Assembly (NCBI GenBank): GCA_944320495.1
Contig: CALUHR010000009.1
Location: forward strand, 32,001 to 96,000
Source: Candidatus Methanomethylophilaceae archaeon
GTDB lineage: Archaea; Thermoplasmatota; Thermoplasmata; Methanomassiliicoccales; Methanomethylophilaceae
Direction: 5' to 3'
Length of the DNA: 64,000 nucleotides
The position numbers were made by a program, and so were the translations under genes. How positions within the stretch are numbered: the first letter of the stretch is position 1; each line of letters opens with the position of its first letter. Positions 1 to 9,866 of the stretch are shown here, piece after piece. The notes beneath the pieces were generated by a model. That model had not been told where the DNA came from. It ran no database searches and saw only the letters and a program-made list of their open reading frames with translations.

Positions 1-3000
1 CCGCGCGGGACTCCCGAGCATGGCACTGCAACGTACTACTTCTCGCGGTCTTCCAACCTGGAATCGTTCAACAGCACCGAGAGACCGACGCAGGCCGGAA
101 CATACTACATGCTCGTCGTGGTCCGTGCAGTCACCGACGGAGGCGTCCATTACGAGAGGCTCGTGTCGGAACCTATCGAGTTCGAGATCCAGGTCAGGAC
201 GATAGACGTCCCCAGCATCGTGTTCTCCACCAAGTTCTCACCAGGGGACGTGCAGACTGTCGATCTGTCCGACCTCGGAATGGACCCTGATGACCAGGCC
301 TACGTGTCCATGAGCGGGGACAGCGGAACCTCCGCCGCCACGTACACGGCAATCCTGACCCTCACGGACAAGGTCAACTGCGCGTGGAACGTCGAAGGGG
401 GCACTAGCACGGAGGACCAGTCCGTGCAGTGGACCATCACGCCTCTGGAGGTGGAGTTCGACACTGACGACTTCGGCAGCCACGACGATGACGCGTACTA
501 CGACTACGACACTACCCTGAAGACGTACAACCCCAGCTTCTACGACTCCAAGTTCATGGACATCTCCGGCAACACGGGAAGGGATGCTGGCACATACACA
601 GTCATCGTCACCCTGACATCGACCGACTACGTCTGGAAGGGCATCGAGGAGAGGTCCGTGACAGTCGGCTGGAACATCGATCCGAGAGCGCTGACGATGC
701 CGACCCTCCGCTACGATACGATGGACGGCGCCAGCCTGGTCATCCCTTACGGGGGTTCCAGCATAACGGTGACCCTCAACGGGTTCGATGCCCAGACCAT
801 GGGCATAGTCACCCACGGGACCACTGTCTCGTCGTCGGATGACGGCACGATATCGTCCACTGTGGGCATAGGAAGCTACAGTTTCGATATATCCCTGAAG
901 ACCTCCAACTATGTGTGGGTCGGACAGGACGTTGACGTCAGGTCGATCCAACTCACTCTGAACGTCACGGCTAACCGCGTGGATGTGCCGGACGCGATGG
1001 AGAGCGAGTTCGAATACGACGGCGAGTCCCATTCGATCCTATTCGACGACACGTCGAACCTCATCATAGAGAACAATGTCCATACGAACGCCGGCACCTA
1101 TGTCGTCACGGTCCGTCCCGCCGAAGGATTCTACTGGCAGGACGGCACGTCCGACGCTGTCGAGTTCACTCTGACCATCGATAGAGTCACCGTCGTGATT
1201 ATGGTGGATGGGGACATAGAGGTCTGCTATGGGGAGGACATTCCCGAAATCGGATGGACCTACGCAGAGGGAAGCGACCGGTTCGTGAACGAGGATCTGA
1301 CGAACGGAACCATCGTGGTGACGATAATCCCAGGGGCCTCAAATGGAGATAATGTCGGAACATATCTGATACAAATGACGGCCGTTGCTGGCAACAACTA
1401 CATTGTCACCTGTCTGAATGGCAATCTGACAATCAATCCCGCGATAGTGGATGTGCCATCGGACATCGGGAACGTTCCCGGACTCGCCTACGACAGCGAT
1501 GGCGTCACGTTCGATCCTGCCATCCAGTGGGGTGATGAGTATGACGAGGGGACGATGTCCGTGAGCGACAACTTTGGCACCGACATCGGTGTACAGACCT
1601 CGTACCTGCACCTGAGGGATCCCATCAACCATGTCTGGAACACAGGAGCATCTGCCGACATCGAGTTCCATTGGGAGATCGTGAAGAAACCCGTGTCCAT
1701 CGTCATCCCAGACCAGGAGGGGTCTAATGTCCCAGGCGTGCCTGGACAGACTGTCGATCTCGGAGAGTACGAGGCGAGCGGAGAGCCTCTGGACATCGTG
1801 ATCGGAGGATTTGACAGCACCTGTATGCGTGTCGAATCGGACCCCGAGGGATGCTTCGCGATCGATCCCGTCACAGGCGTGATGACCATAACCGCCAAGG
1901 ACCTTGGGACATACACGATCCGCTTCTACCTGGTGGACGAGCACTACGAGTGGTCGTCCCCCACCAACTCCATCCTCATGACTCTCGCATCCCCGACACC
2001 AAAGGATGCTCTGATCATGACATTCACCTTCACGATTGTAGCGAATTCGGAAGGGGAGGAGTACACGGTCGAGGCGGGACACAATTCCCTCGTTTATGAC
2101 GGCGAGGAGCAGTCCTACGTACCAGATGGCTTCGACAGCGACCATATGACCCTAGGCGGGACCACGAATGCTACGATTCCAGGGACCTACACCGTGACGG
2201 TCACCCTGAAGGACCCCATCGACCGCTGGGGCTCTCTTGATGACGACGGGGATGGCACCATCTACATAACATGGACCATCACGAAGAGACCGGTCACGTT
2301 GACCGCCGAGAGTGGCAGCATGGCTCTCGGAGGAGACATGCCCGAACTGGACGTCCTCGGGACCGACGGTTTCGTCGACGATGGACTGGACGATCTCTTC
2401 ACGGTATCGTTCGACCTCGTCGACCCTGATGTCCCTGGGGAGTACACCGTCAGAGTCGAGAAGGTCGGTGACCATGCCGCCCTTGCCCACTACGACATTG
2501 AGTTCGTAGACGGTAAGATCCTCGTCATGTCGGGGGACTTCCGGGAACTCTTCGTCCTAGATGGCGTCACTGATCCGGAGACCTACAACGGTACGTACAT
2601 CACCAAGCCGATATCGTCCCCTCACCTCACTCTGGGGGAGGAGTACACCGTGACCTATGCCGACAACATAGACGTGGGGGTGGCGACCGTCACCATCACA
2701 GGATTGGGCAACTACTCCGACCAGAGCCTGTCCTTCCAGTTCGAGATCCTGAAGGCCGACCCGCCAATCAGGTTCGACCAGGAATCGGTGTCCAGATATC
2801 CCGATGACGGGTCCTTCACCAACCCCTTGGTGGTTCCCGACTATGTGGTGACCGAGGGTTCCGCTACGTACGTCAGCAGCGATCCATCCGTAGCATACGT
2901 GGACCCCGTGACCGGCCTTGTAACGACAGGTTCCGCAGGGACCGCGGTCATTACCGTGACGGTGCCGGGCACGGAGAATTACAACGATTCTACCGCCTGG

Positions 3001-3198
3001 TTCACGGTGATTGTCAGTAGCACCCCGATGGTCGTCATCCCTGGCGACGATGATGTCATCGTCCTTCCGGGACCCGAGACCGTGAAGTGGTATCAGAAGG
3101 ACATTTCCCTCTACATACTGCTGATCGTCATCCTCGTCGTCGGGTTCCTGCTGTACATCGTCTACACCGTGTGGAAGCGGAGGGGTGACGGGCAGTGA
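1..3198 (+). CDS. Large cell-surface/adhesin-like protein (5'-truncated) with tandem beta-rich Ig/MBG-like repeats and a C-terminal membrane anchor
   Basis: Frame is open from base 1 (PRGTPEHG...). Repeated AGTYTV.VTL motifs; Thr/Asp/Val-rich; ends in hydrophobic YILLIVILVVGFLLYIVY plus a basic tail; TGA at 3196-3198. Confidence 0.85.
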   Translation, partial: PRGTPEHGTATYYFSRSSNLESFNSTERPTQAGTYYMLVVVRAVTDGGVHYERLVSEPIEFEIQVRTIDVPSIVFSTKFSPGDVQTVDLSDLGMDPDDQAYVSMSGDSGTSAATYTAILTLTDKVNCAWNVEGGTSTEDQSVQWTITPLEVEFDTDDFGSHDDDAYYDYDTTLKTYNPSFYDSKFMDISGNTGRDAGTYTVIVTLTSTDYVWKGIEERSVTVGWNIDPRALTMPTLRYDTMDGASLVIPYGGSSITVTLNGFDAQTMGIVTHGTTVSSSDDGTISSTVGIGSYSFDISLKTSNYVWVGQDVDVRSIQLTLNVTANRVDVPDAMESEFEYDGESHSILFDDTSNLIIENNVHTNAGTYVVTVRPAEGFYWQDGTSDAVEFTLTIDRVTVVIMVDGDIEVCYGEDIPEIGWTYAEGSDRFVNEDLTNGTIVVTIIPGASNGDNVGTYLIQMTAVAGNNYIVTCLNGNLTINPAIVDVPSDIGNVPGLAYDSDGVTFDPAIQWGDEYDEGTMSVSDNFGTDIGVQTSYLHLRDPINHVWNTGASADIEFHWEIVKKPVSIVIPDQEGSNVPGVPGQTVDLGEYEASGEPLDIVIGGFDSTCMRVESDPEGCFAIDPVTGVMTITAKDLGTYTIRFYLVDEHYEWSSPTNSILMTLASPTPKDALIMTFTFTIVANSEGEEYTVEAGHNSLVYDGEEQSYVPDGFDSDHMTLGGTTNATIPGTYTVTVTLKDPIDRWGSLDDDGDGTIYITWTITKRPVTLTAESGSMALGGDMPELDVLGTDGFVDDGLDDLFTVSFDLVDPDVPGEYTVRVEKVGDHAALAHYDIEFVDGKILVMSGDFRELFVLDGVTDPETYNGTYITKPISSPHLTLGEEYTVTYADNIDVGVATVTITGLGNYSDQSLSFQFEILKADPPIRFDQESVSRYPDDGSFTNPLVVPDYVVTEGSATYVSSDPSVAYVDPVTGLVTTGSAGTAVITVTVPGTENYNDSTAWFTVIVSSTPMVVIPGDDDVIVLPGPETVKWYQKDISLYILLIVILVVGFLLYIVYTVWKRRGDGQ

Positions 3199-3497
3199 GC
3201 GCACACGACTGCATGGCCCTGATCGACGTCCTGGGCGAGAAGCACGTGCTGGAGATGTTGCTCTTCCTCCGCGAGAACGGGACATGCAATAAGAGCCAGC
3301 TGTACAGCGCTGTCTCCCGCGGTGCACGTATGCCGGACAAGCTGGACATGATGGAGGTCGTCGGGCTCATCGTCATCGACAGCGTCGACGGCTCCAGGTG
3401 CCACCGCGTCTCCCTGACGGACCTGGGCCGGAGGGTGAGCGACTTCCTTCATGACCTGATGGATGGCGCGTCCAATCGTGACCCGGCTGTCGCCCGA
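3195..3497 (+). CDS. Winged-helix (HxlR/MarR-like) transcriptional regulator; ends at CGA 3495-3497 (standard-code end 3671)
   Basis: GTG start overlaps the upstream TGA. wHTH pattern with the wing motif VSLTDLGRRV. 100 aa up to the CGA; the standard-code tail crosses a hairpin and the next promoter. Confidence 0.75.
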
Positions 3498-3550
3498 CGT
3501 TCCACGGCCGCCGACAAACGACTTACGGGCCCCCGGCCCGGAAACCCCTT

Positions 3551-3572
3551 CCGGCGTTCGTCCGGACGCCGG
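3551..3572. terminator. GC-rich hairpin
   Basis: CCGGCGT...ACGCCGG inverted repeat downstream of the wHTH CGA. Confidence 0.5.
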
Positions 3573-3662
3573 TATCACGATTCCTGGATCCTTCACATCC
3601 CGGTGGTAAGTGTCTGCGATTCGTGCGACCTCGGTGTCATCTTTTCAGAATTGTTATATGCC

Positions 3663-3690
3663 ATATGTTAGCATCAGAGCAACATATAAA
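3663..3690 (+). promoter_or_regulatory. Inverted repeat overlapping the TATA box of the EamA gene
   Basis: ATATGTT-N11-AACATAT; TATAAA at 3685-3690; ATG at 3715. Confidence 0.5.
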
Positions 3691-3714
3691 TCCGCACGTC
3701 GGGAGTTGCGGCGC

Positions 3715-4665
3715 ATGGTTCTCGGGAAGAGTGGGGCGGTCCTCTGCGCATTCATGGCGGCCGTGTTCTACGCGATCAGCTCGCCGGTCTCGAAGGTCCT
3801 GCTGGAGGACGTCTCCCCGTACCTCATGGCGGCCCTTCTGTACCTGGGGACGGGCATAGGCATGACTACCGTCCGCTCCGTCACGGGCGCAGGGAGGCGC
3901 GAGAAGCCCTACGGCCGCAAGGACCTGCCGTACGTCGTGGCGATGGTGGTGCTGGACATAGCGGCGCCCATACTGCTGATGTACGGGCTGCTGAGCTCCC
4001 CCGCGTCCTCGGTCTCGCTTCTGAACAACTTCGAGATCGTGGCCACGACAGTCATCGCCGTCGCGCTCTTCGGCGAGCGTGTTTCGGCGAGGATGTGGTT
4101 CGCGGTGGCGGTGATAACCCTGTCGGTCATCCTGCTGTCGTTGGACGGCGTCACGGGGCTGTCATTCAACCACGGCTCGCTCGCCGTGGTGGCCGCATGC
4201 GTCTGCTGGGGACTGGAGAACAACTGCACGGGGAGGCTCTCGTCCACCGGGCCGTCCAGGGTGGTCGCCATCAAGGGGGTGTTCTCCGGTCTCGGAGCGC
4301 TGGCAATCGCCCTGTTCATGGGCATGGGCTCCCCCACGCCGCTGGAGGTCGTCGCCGCCCTGCTGCTCGGGTTCGTCTCCTACGGGCTGAGCCTTTACCT
4401 GTACATCTCCGCCCAGGCGGCCCTGGGGGCGTCGAGGGTCAGCGCGTACTACGCCTCGGCGCCGTTCATCGGCGCCGTGCTCTCCCTCGCGATCCTGGGC
4501 GAGTCGCTGTCCGGAACGTACCTCGTCGCCCTCGTCGTGATGGCCGCAGGGGCCGCGATCATGACCTGGGACACCCTGCGCGCCGATCCCGGGGACCCGG
4601 ACGGACCGGGCCCCGGCGAGGGGACGCTCAGGCGGTCGGCGCGGGTTCGTAGGCGTACTTCCTGA
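3715..4665 (+). CDS. DMT/EamA family transporter
   Basis: About 10 hydrophobic segments in two EamA-like repeats (SASSVSLLNNFEIVAT; ALGASRVSAYYASAPF). Confidence 0.9.
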   Translation: MVLGKSGAVLCAFMAAVFYAISSPVSKVLLEDVSPYLMAALLYLGTGIGMTTVRSVTGAGRREKPYGRKDLPYVVAMVVLDIAAPILLMYGLLSSPASSVSLLNNFEIVATTVIAVALFGERVSARMWFAVAVITLSVILLSLDGVTGLSFNHGSLAVVAACVCWGLENNCTGRLSSTGPSRVVAIKGVFSGLGALAIALFMGMGSPTPLEVVAALLLGFVSYGLSLYLYISAQAALGASRVSAYYASAPFIGAVLSLAILGESLSGTYLVALVVMAAGAAIMTWDTLRADPGDPDGPGPGEGTLRRSARVRRRTS

Positions 4666-5263
4666 CGAACGGGATCAGCATGCAGCCGATGGCGTTGCCG
4701 ATCAGGACGAGCACGATAAAGATCAGCGAATCCAGGGTGAACGCGCCCGCGGAGCAGACGTAGAACATGTCGGCGATGGAGTGTTCGAATCCCGCCAGGA
4801 TGAACACGGGGACGCAGAAGAAGATCGCCAGGAAGCTCTTGCGCTGCTTGTAGAAGTCGACGGCGATGAACATCAGGATGCCGCACATCAGGCCCTTGAA
4901 GATCACGGTGTACCACTCGAGGGCGAGCTTCCCGTCCACCAGGGCGGGGGCGTTGTCGTAGGGCATCATCAGACCGATGAATAGGCATCCGATGAAGTTC
5001 CCGATGATGATCACGAGGATGTTCTTGAGGTAGGACGGGGGGTTCTCGACCGCGTATCCCACCTTGCCGGTGTAGAGGTCGAACCCGAAGGCGACGACCG
5101 TGAGGAGTCCGACGGAGAACATGATGGCCCCGACCCATTTGACGTCGCAGGCGAGGTATACGCACCCGCCGATGGAGATGGCGATCCCGGCCAGGAACGC
5201 CCTCAGCAGAATCCGCCAGTAGCGGCCTTTGTCAGAGCTCGTGGTAGTAGACGATGATGTCAT
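4628..5263 (-). CDS. Formate/nitrite transporter (FNT) family channel, short
   Basis: RAFLAGIAISIG, LYTG, GNFIG and GFEHSIADM motifs; 211 aa. Confidence 0.88.
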   Translation of the reverse strand: MTSSSTTTSSDKGRYWRILLRAFLAGIAISIGGCVYLACDVKWVGAIMFSVGLLTVVAFGFDLYTGKVGYAVENPPSYLKNILVIIIGNFIGCLFIGLMMPYDNAPALVDGKLALEWYTVIFKGLMCGILMFIAVDFYKQRKSFLAIFFCVPVFILAGFEHSIADMFYVCSAGAFTLDSLIFIVLVLIGNAIGCMLIPFVRKYAYEPAPTA

Positions 5264-5717
5264 GGTATGCCCCGTCGATGTGCCTGAACCCTCCGGGTAT
5301 CGTTCCGACCCGGTGGAACCCAAGGCTCTCATAGAGGTGTCTGGCTCCGGCGTTCTCCGCCACGACGGCGTTGAACTGCATGATGCGGAATCCCAGCCTG
5401 CGGGCCTGCTCCAGCGAGTCGAGGACCAGCGCCCTGCCGACGTGCATCCCGCGGGCCTCCGGATCGACGGCGTAGCTCGCGTTGGCGATGTGCCCGCAGC
5501 GCCCGACGTTGTTCGGGCGGATCTCGTACATGCCGACGATGCGGCCTTCCGACTCGGCCACGGCGCAGTATGAGAAGCCTCCGAAGAACACGGCCTCGCC
5601 ACCCTCGGGGATGGTATCCATCTGCGGGAACGCCTCCCCGTCCTCCACGACGATGTTCCAGATCCTGGCCATCTCGCGGAGGTCGGAATCGCGGCTTTGC
5701 CTGACCAGAACCTCCAT
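5232..5717 (-). CDS. GNAT family N-acetyltransferase
   Basis: VDPEARGMHVGRAL acetyl-CoA motif; NAGARHLYESLGF. Confidence 0.92.
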   Translation of the reverse strand: MEVLVRQSRDSDLREMARIWNIVVEDGEAFPQMDTIPEGGEAVFFGGFSYCAVAESEGRIVGMYEIRPNNVGRCGHIANASYAVDPEARGMHVGRALVLDSLEQARRLGFRIMQFNAVVAENAGARHLYESLGFHRVGTIPGGFRHIDGAYHDIIVYYHEL

Positions 5718-5804
5718 GGTCTGATGTCATCCCGTCCATACGATTTAAGGGAGCATGGCGGGGTCCTTCCCACCCTTTAAATCGGCCATGGCGTTCGCGG
5801 TCTC

Positions 5805-6731
5805 ATGCCCAGCGTTAAGCCGGTGAAGGCCGGATGGTGGAACGCCCTCAGGCCGTGGACACTCCACGGAGCGGTCGTGCCGGTGCTCATAGGAGGCGTC
5901 GTCGCATACGGCGACGTCGGCTTCGACGCGCTGTCCTGGGTCATGTTCGTCCTGATCCTGGTCGCGGGATGCCTGATACAGTCCGCATCCAACCTCCTCA
6001 ACACCTACGGCGACTTCAAGGCGGGGACCGACACGGTGGAGAACGAGACCAGGTCCCCCGAGCTGGTCACGGGCGTCCTGGATCCGCACTACGTCAAGAT
6101 GGCGGGGATCGCCTGCCTCGGGGCCACATGCCTGCTGGGTCTGATCTTCATATGGTACAGCGGATGGGAGATTCTCGTCTACGGGATCCTCGGGGTCCTG
6201 GGCGCCGGCATGTACACGACCGGCCTGTCCTACAAGTACCACGGCCTCGGCCAGCCCTCGGTCTTCCTGATGATGGGCATCCTGATGCCCCTCGGCACAT
6301 ACTGCGTTCTCGGCGGCGGATGGTTCTCCTGGGAGGTCCTCTGGCTCAGCATACCCAACGCGTTCCTCATCACAGCGGTCCTCTGCGGGAACGAGACCCG
6401 CGACTACGAGGAGGACAGGAAGGCGGGCGTGCGCACCCTCTGCAGCCACTTCTCGAGGGACGGGGCCCTGAGGCTGTACCTGTTCATGACCTCGATCGCC
6501 TATCCGATACTGCTCGTCCTGATCGCCGCCGGCATCGCGCCGTGGCCCTGCGCCCTGGCGTTCCTGTGCCTCTGGGACATGCGCATCCTCTGGCACAACG
6601 CGAAGATGTCCGCCGGCGACGCCCACGCCAACTTCATGCTGGTGCCCCTGTGCTTCAGGATGAACTGGCACTTCGGCGTGCTTCTCGTAGTCGGCTATAT
6701 AATCGGCGAGTTCATCATCCCGGTGATCTGA
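5805..6731 (+). CDS. menA: UbiA-family prenyltransferase, MenA (DHNA polyprenyltransferase)-like
   Basis: LRPWTL, NLLNTYGDFKAGTD and NETRDYEEDRKAGVRTL motifs; multi-TM. Confidence 0.75.
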   Translation: MPSVKPVKAGWWNALRPWTLHGAVVPVLIGGVVAYGDVGFDALSWVMFVLILVAGCLIQSASNLLNTYGDFKAGTDTVENETRSPELVTGVLDPHYVKMAGIACLGATCLLGLIFIWYSGWEILVYGILGVLGAGMYTTGLSYKYHGLGQPSVFLMMGILMPLGTYCVLGGGWFSWEVLWLSIPNAFLITAVLCGNETRDYEEDRKAGVRTLCSHFSRDGALRLYLFMTSIAYPILLVLIAAGIAPWPCALAFLCLWDMRILWHNAKMSAGDAHANFMLVPLCFRMNWHFGVLLVVGYIIGEFIIPVI

Positions 6732-6732
6732 C

Positions 6733-7479
6733 ATGGAAGAGGAGCTCAAGAAAGGGGTCCAGTTCGAGGGCAAGGAGGAATACATCAAGGATGTGTTCAC
6801 CGAGATCGCGGACTACTACGACGAGATGAACGAGATCATGTCCATGCACATGGTCCAGGGCTGGCACAAGTTCATGATGCGCAAGGCCGGCGACATCGCC
6901 GGGAAGAGGTGCCTCGACGTGGGCACCGGCACCGGGGAGATCGCCTTCCATGTCGCGAGGACCGCCGGTCCCGGCTCCACGGTCATCGGCGTGGACATCA
7001 CCCCGAGGATGCTGGAGCTCGCCGCGAAGAAGGAGAAGGAGCTCGACCTGCCGGTCAAGATCGACTGGAGGGTCGGGGACGCGCTCAACCTGGACATCCC
7101 GGACGACTCCGTCGACCTGGTCACATCCGGATACATGCTCCGCAACGTCACGGACATCCAGAAGGCGGTCTGCGAGATGCACCGCGTCCTGGCGCCCGGC
7201 GGCAGGGTCGTCGTGGCCGAGCTCTCCAAGCCGAAGAACGGCGTCATCCGCTTCTTCTACAACATCTACATGAAGAGGGTCAAGAGGTACGGCCGCAAGT
7301 ACGACAAGGGCAAGTCCATCGACGGCCGCCAGTCCGCCTACGAGTGGCTGACCTCATCGATAGAGGGGTTCCCCTATGGGGAGGACATGGTCAGGATCTT
7401 CCGCAAGGCCGGGTTCGAGGACGCCAGGTTCTATGTCAAGTCCTTCGGCGCCGTCAACATCTACGTGGGGACGAAATGA
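6733..7479 (+). CDS. ubiE: UbiE/MenG-family SAM methyltransferase
   Basis: VFTEIADYYDEMN, LDVGTGTG, GDALNL and MHRVLAPGG motifs. Confidence 0.88.
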   Translation: MEEELKKGVQFEGKEEYIKDVFTEIADYYDEMNEIMSMHMVQGWHKFMMRKAGDIAGKRCLDVGTGTGEIAFHVARTAGPGSTVIGVDITPRMLELAAKKEKELDLPVKIDWRVGDALNLDIPDDSVDLVTSGYMLRNVTDIQKAVCEMHRVLAPGGRVVVAELSKPKNGVIRFFYNIYMKRVKRYGRKYDKGKSIDGRQSAYEWLTSSIEGFPYGEDMVRIFRKAGFEDARFYVKSFGAVNIYVGTK

Positions 7480-8111
7480 GGGAGTACAACCTCTACCTCT
7501 TCGACTTCGACAACACCCTGTACGACACGAGCGCCGGCATCCACAGGATCCTCGAGGAGGTCCTGCCGGTCATCGGCGTGGATTACCGCAGGGAGGAGTT
7601 CACTAGGTACCTCGGGATGTCCATGGATGACATCTTCGACACGTATTCGAAGCGTCCGGACGCGTACGACGAGTATCGCTCCAGGTTCTACGATGCGGTG
7701 GCCACGAACTCCTACAGGGAGTCGGAGCCGTTCCCCGAGACGCTCCGCGTCCTGAGGGCCCTCAAGGACAGGGGCAAGCGCATCGGTATAGTGTCGGGGA
7801 AGATGCGCTACAAGATCGTGGACCTTCTGGAGGACCAGGGGCTCGGGGACATCCCCGAGACAATCGTGGGGTGGGACGACACCGACGCCCACAAGCCCGA
7901 CCCCGAACCGGTGGCGCTCGCGTTCTCGAGGTTCGACGTCCCCCGCGACAGGACGCTCTTCGTCGGCGACAGCTACAACGACGCCGGGGCTGCCAACGCC
8001 TTCGGTGTGGACTGCGCCATAGTCAAGCGTCCCGACGGATTCATGGCCGAGGACCTGCCCTGCAGGTACGAGATCCCCAGCCTGGAGGATCTGCTGGTCT
8101 GGGACGAGCGA
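7476..8111 (+). CDS. HAD-family hydrolase/phosphatase; ends at CGA 8109-8111 (standard-code end 8132)
   Basis: LFDFDNTL, HKPDPEP and FVGDS motifs; ATGA overlap with ubiE. Confidence 0.9.
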
Positions 8112-9185
8112 TCGCAGCATCCCCTGGGATGACAGCCTCATCAGCAGGTCCCGGGCCTCGCATATGCCGGACTCGGCGGACGCAGTGAGCAATCTTATCG
8201 CATCCCTGTCCGGCATCTCGATGCGTCCGGACAGTGCCAGGGCGCCGAGGTTGTACATGGCCGTCGGTTCTCCGGCATCCGATGCGCTCCTCAGCAGCGT
8301 CTCCGCACGTTCGATATCCCTGTCGATGAGCATGGATCCGAGCATCGACTGGGCGTAGACGAACCCGGCGTCGGAGGCCATCTCCATCCATTCCATCGCC
8401 TTGTTCTCGTCCCTCTCGCCGAGCGAACCGTCCATGAGCATCAGCGCGAGGTTGTACATCGCCTTGACGTCGCCGTCCAGTGCAGCATCTGTGAAGTATC
8501 CCTCCGCCTCCGCGAACTCACCGCGCTCGTAGAGGATCCCTCCGATGCACAGGCGGGCGTCGTTGTCACCCTGGTCCGCAGATGCGCGGAACCATCTCTC
8601 GGCCTCCTCGCGGTCGACGGGTATGCCGTCACCCGCGTCCAGCATCATGGCGAGATCGTACTGGGAGTCCGGGTCGCCCGCCTCGGCGGCCCTTCTATAG
8701 AGCTCCGCCGCGCGCGGCTTGTCCGGGAAGACGCCCTCGCCGGTGCGCAGGATATGGGCCAATATGCCGGCGGCCTCGGTGCTGGTGGACGCAGCCCTCT
8801 CGAGCCACATGACGGCCCTCTCCGGATTCGCCGCCACCCCGTTCCCTCCGCGGAGCATCGTCGCGGCGTTGATCATGCCCTTCTCGTATCCCGCCTCCGC
8901 GGCCCTCTCGAAGAGGGCGAGAGTCCGAGCGGGGTCGATGCCCATCATGATGCTCCCGAGGTTGCACATGGCCTTCGTGTTCCCGAGGTCGGATGCGCGC
9001 TTGAGGTACTCCGCGGCGGTGACCGTGTCCTGGGGGACGCCCTCGCCGACGATGTACATGTAGCCGAGCGACGACGACGCGTCCGCATCGCCCAGGTCCG
9101 AGGCCTGCCTGTACAGCTCGGCCGCCCTGCCGGGGTCCTGTTCGCGGACCTCGTCGCCCATCTTCCTGATCTCGGAGGCTTCCAT
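8112..9185 (-). CDS. Sel1-like repeat (SLR/TPR) protein; ends at CGA 8114-8112 (standard-code end 7461)
   Basis: About 9 repeats of A...LG.MY..G.GV..D...A..W...AA..G. The repeats end at SSQGML, immediately before the CGA. Confidence 0.88.
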
Positions 9186-9256
9186 GGGGGCGGAGGATGG
9201 TCGGTTCACGCTTAACCTTTAGGATGATTGATATCGGGGATGCGCATGCAGGTCGC

Positions 9257-9583
9257 ATGGCAAAGGCGAACGGGGTCATGGCGGGTCTGTTCTACATCGT
9301 GTTCGGGATAATCTGGATTGCGATGTGCGGGGCCATCCCGTCCGCCATCGGCTTCCTGTTCATGGTCGTGGGCGCCCTGGTCATCGCCTTCGGGGCCCTC
9401 ATGATCGTCAGGACGATCAGGGGCGGCGGTCCGCAGTCGTTCAGGGCGAGGACCTCCCGCCCGGAGGAGCCGTCCGAAGGGGAGCAGGAGCCGAAGGAGT
9501 ACAGCGGATACTGCCCGTACTGCGGCTCCCCCGCCGAGGAGGGCTACGAATACTGCCGCGTGTGCGGCAAGAGGATAGGGTGA
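9257..9583 (+). CDS. Membrane protein with C-terminal zinc ribbon
   Basis: 2 TM helices plus CPYCG...CRVCG; TGA stop. Confidence 0.85.
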   Translation: MAKANGVMAGLFYIVFGIIWIAMCGAIPSAIGFLFMVVGALVIAFGALMIVRTIRGGGPQSFRARTSRPEEPSEGEQEPKEYSGYCPYCGSPAEEGYEYCRVCGKRIG

Positions 9584-9587
9584 GACC

Positions 9588-9866
9588 TTGGACCGTCGCG
9601 ACCTGGTGTTCGTGATCCTGGTGGTCCTGGTCGGGGTGTCCGCCCTTTCGGTCATAGCCTACATGCTGTGGCCCGAGGGGTCCATGCCCTTCCCGTTCGG
9701 ATTCCTCCCCTTCATCTTCCTGTTCTTCCCGATCATTATACCGCTGAGCTGGAGGGGCAAAGGGAGCGCGAGGGTCGAGGACCCTGACGACTACTGTCCC
9801 GGATGCGGATGTCCGCTCGATCCGGAGTACGACTTCTGCACCGTATGTGGCCGGAGAATACGCCGA
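9588..9866 (+). CDS. Membrane protein with C-terminal zinc ribbon; ends at CGA 9864-9866 (standard-code end 9908)
   Basis: TTG start; 2 TM plus CPGCG...CTVCGRRIR; CGATG overlap with the next start. Confidence 0.8.

Noticed and set aside
7461-8111. C-terminal extension of the Sel1 protein
   Set aside because: It is the codon-aligned antisense of the HAD gene and begins right after an in-frame CGA.
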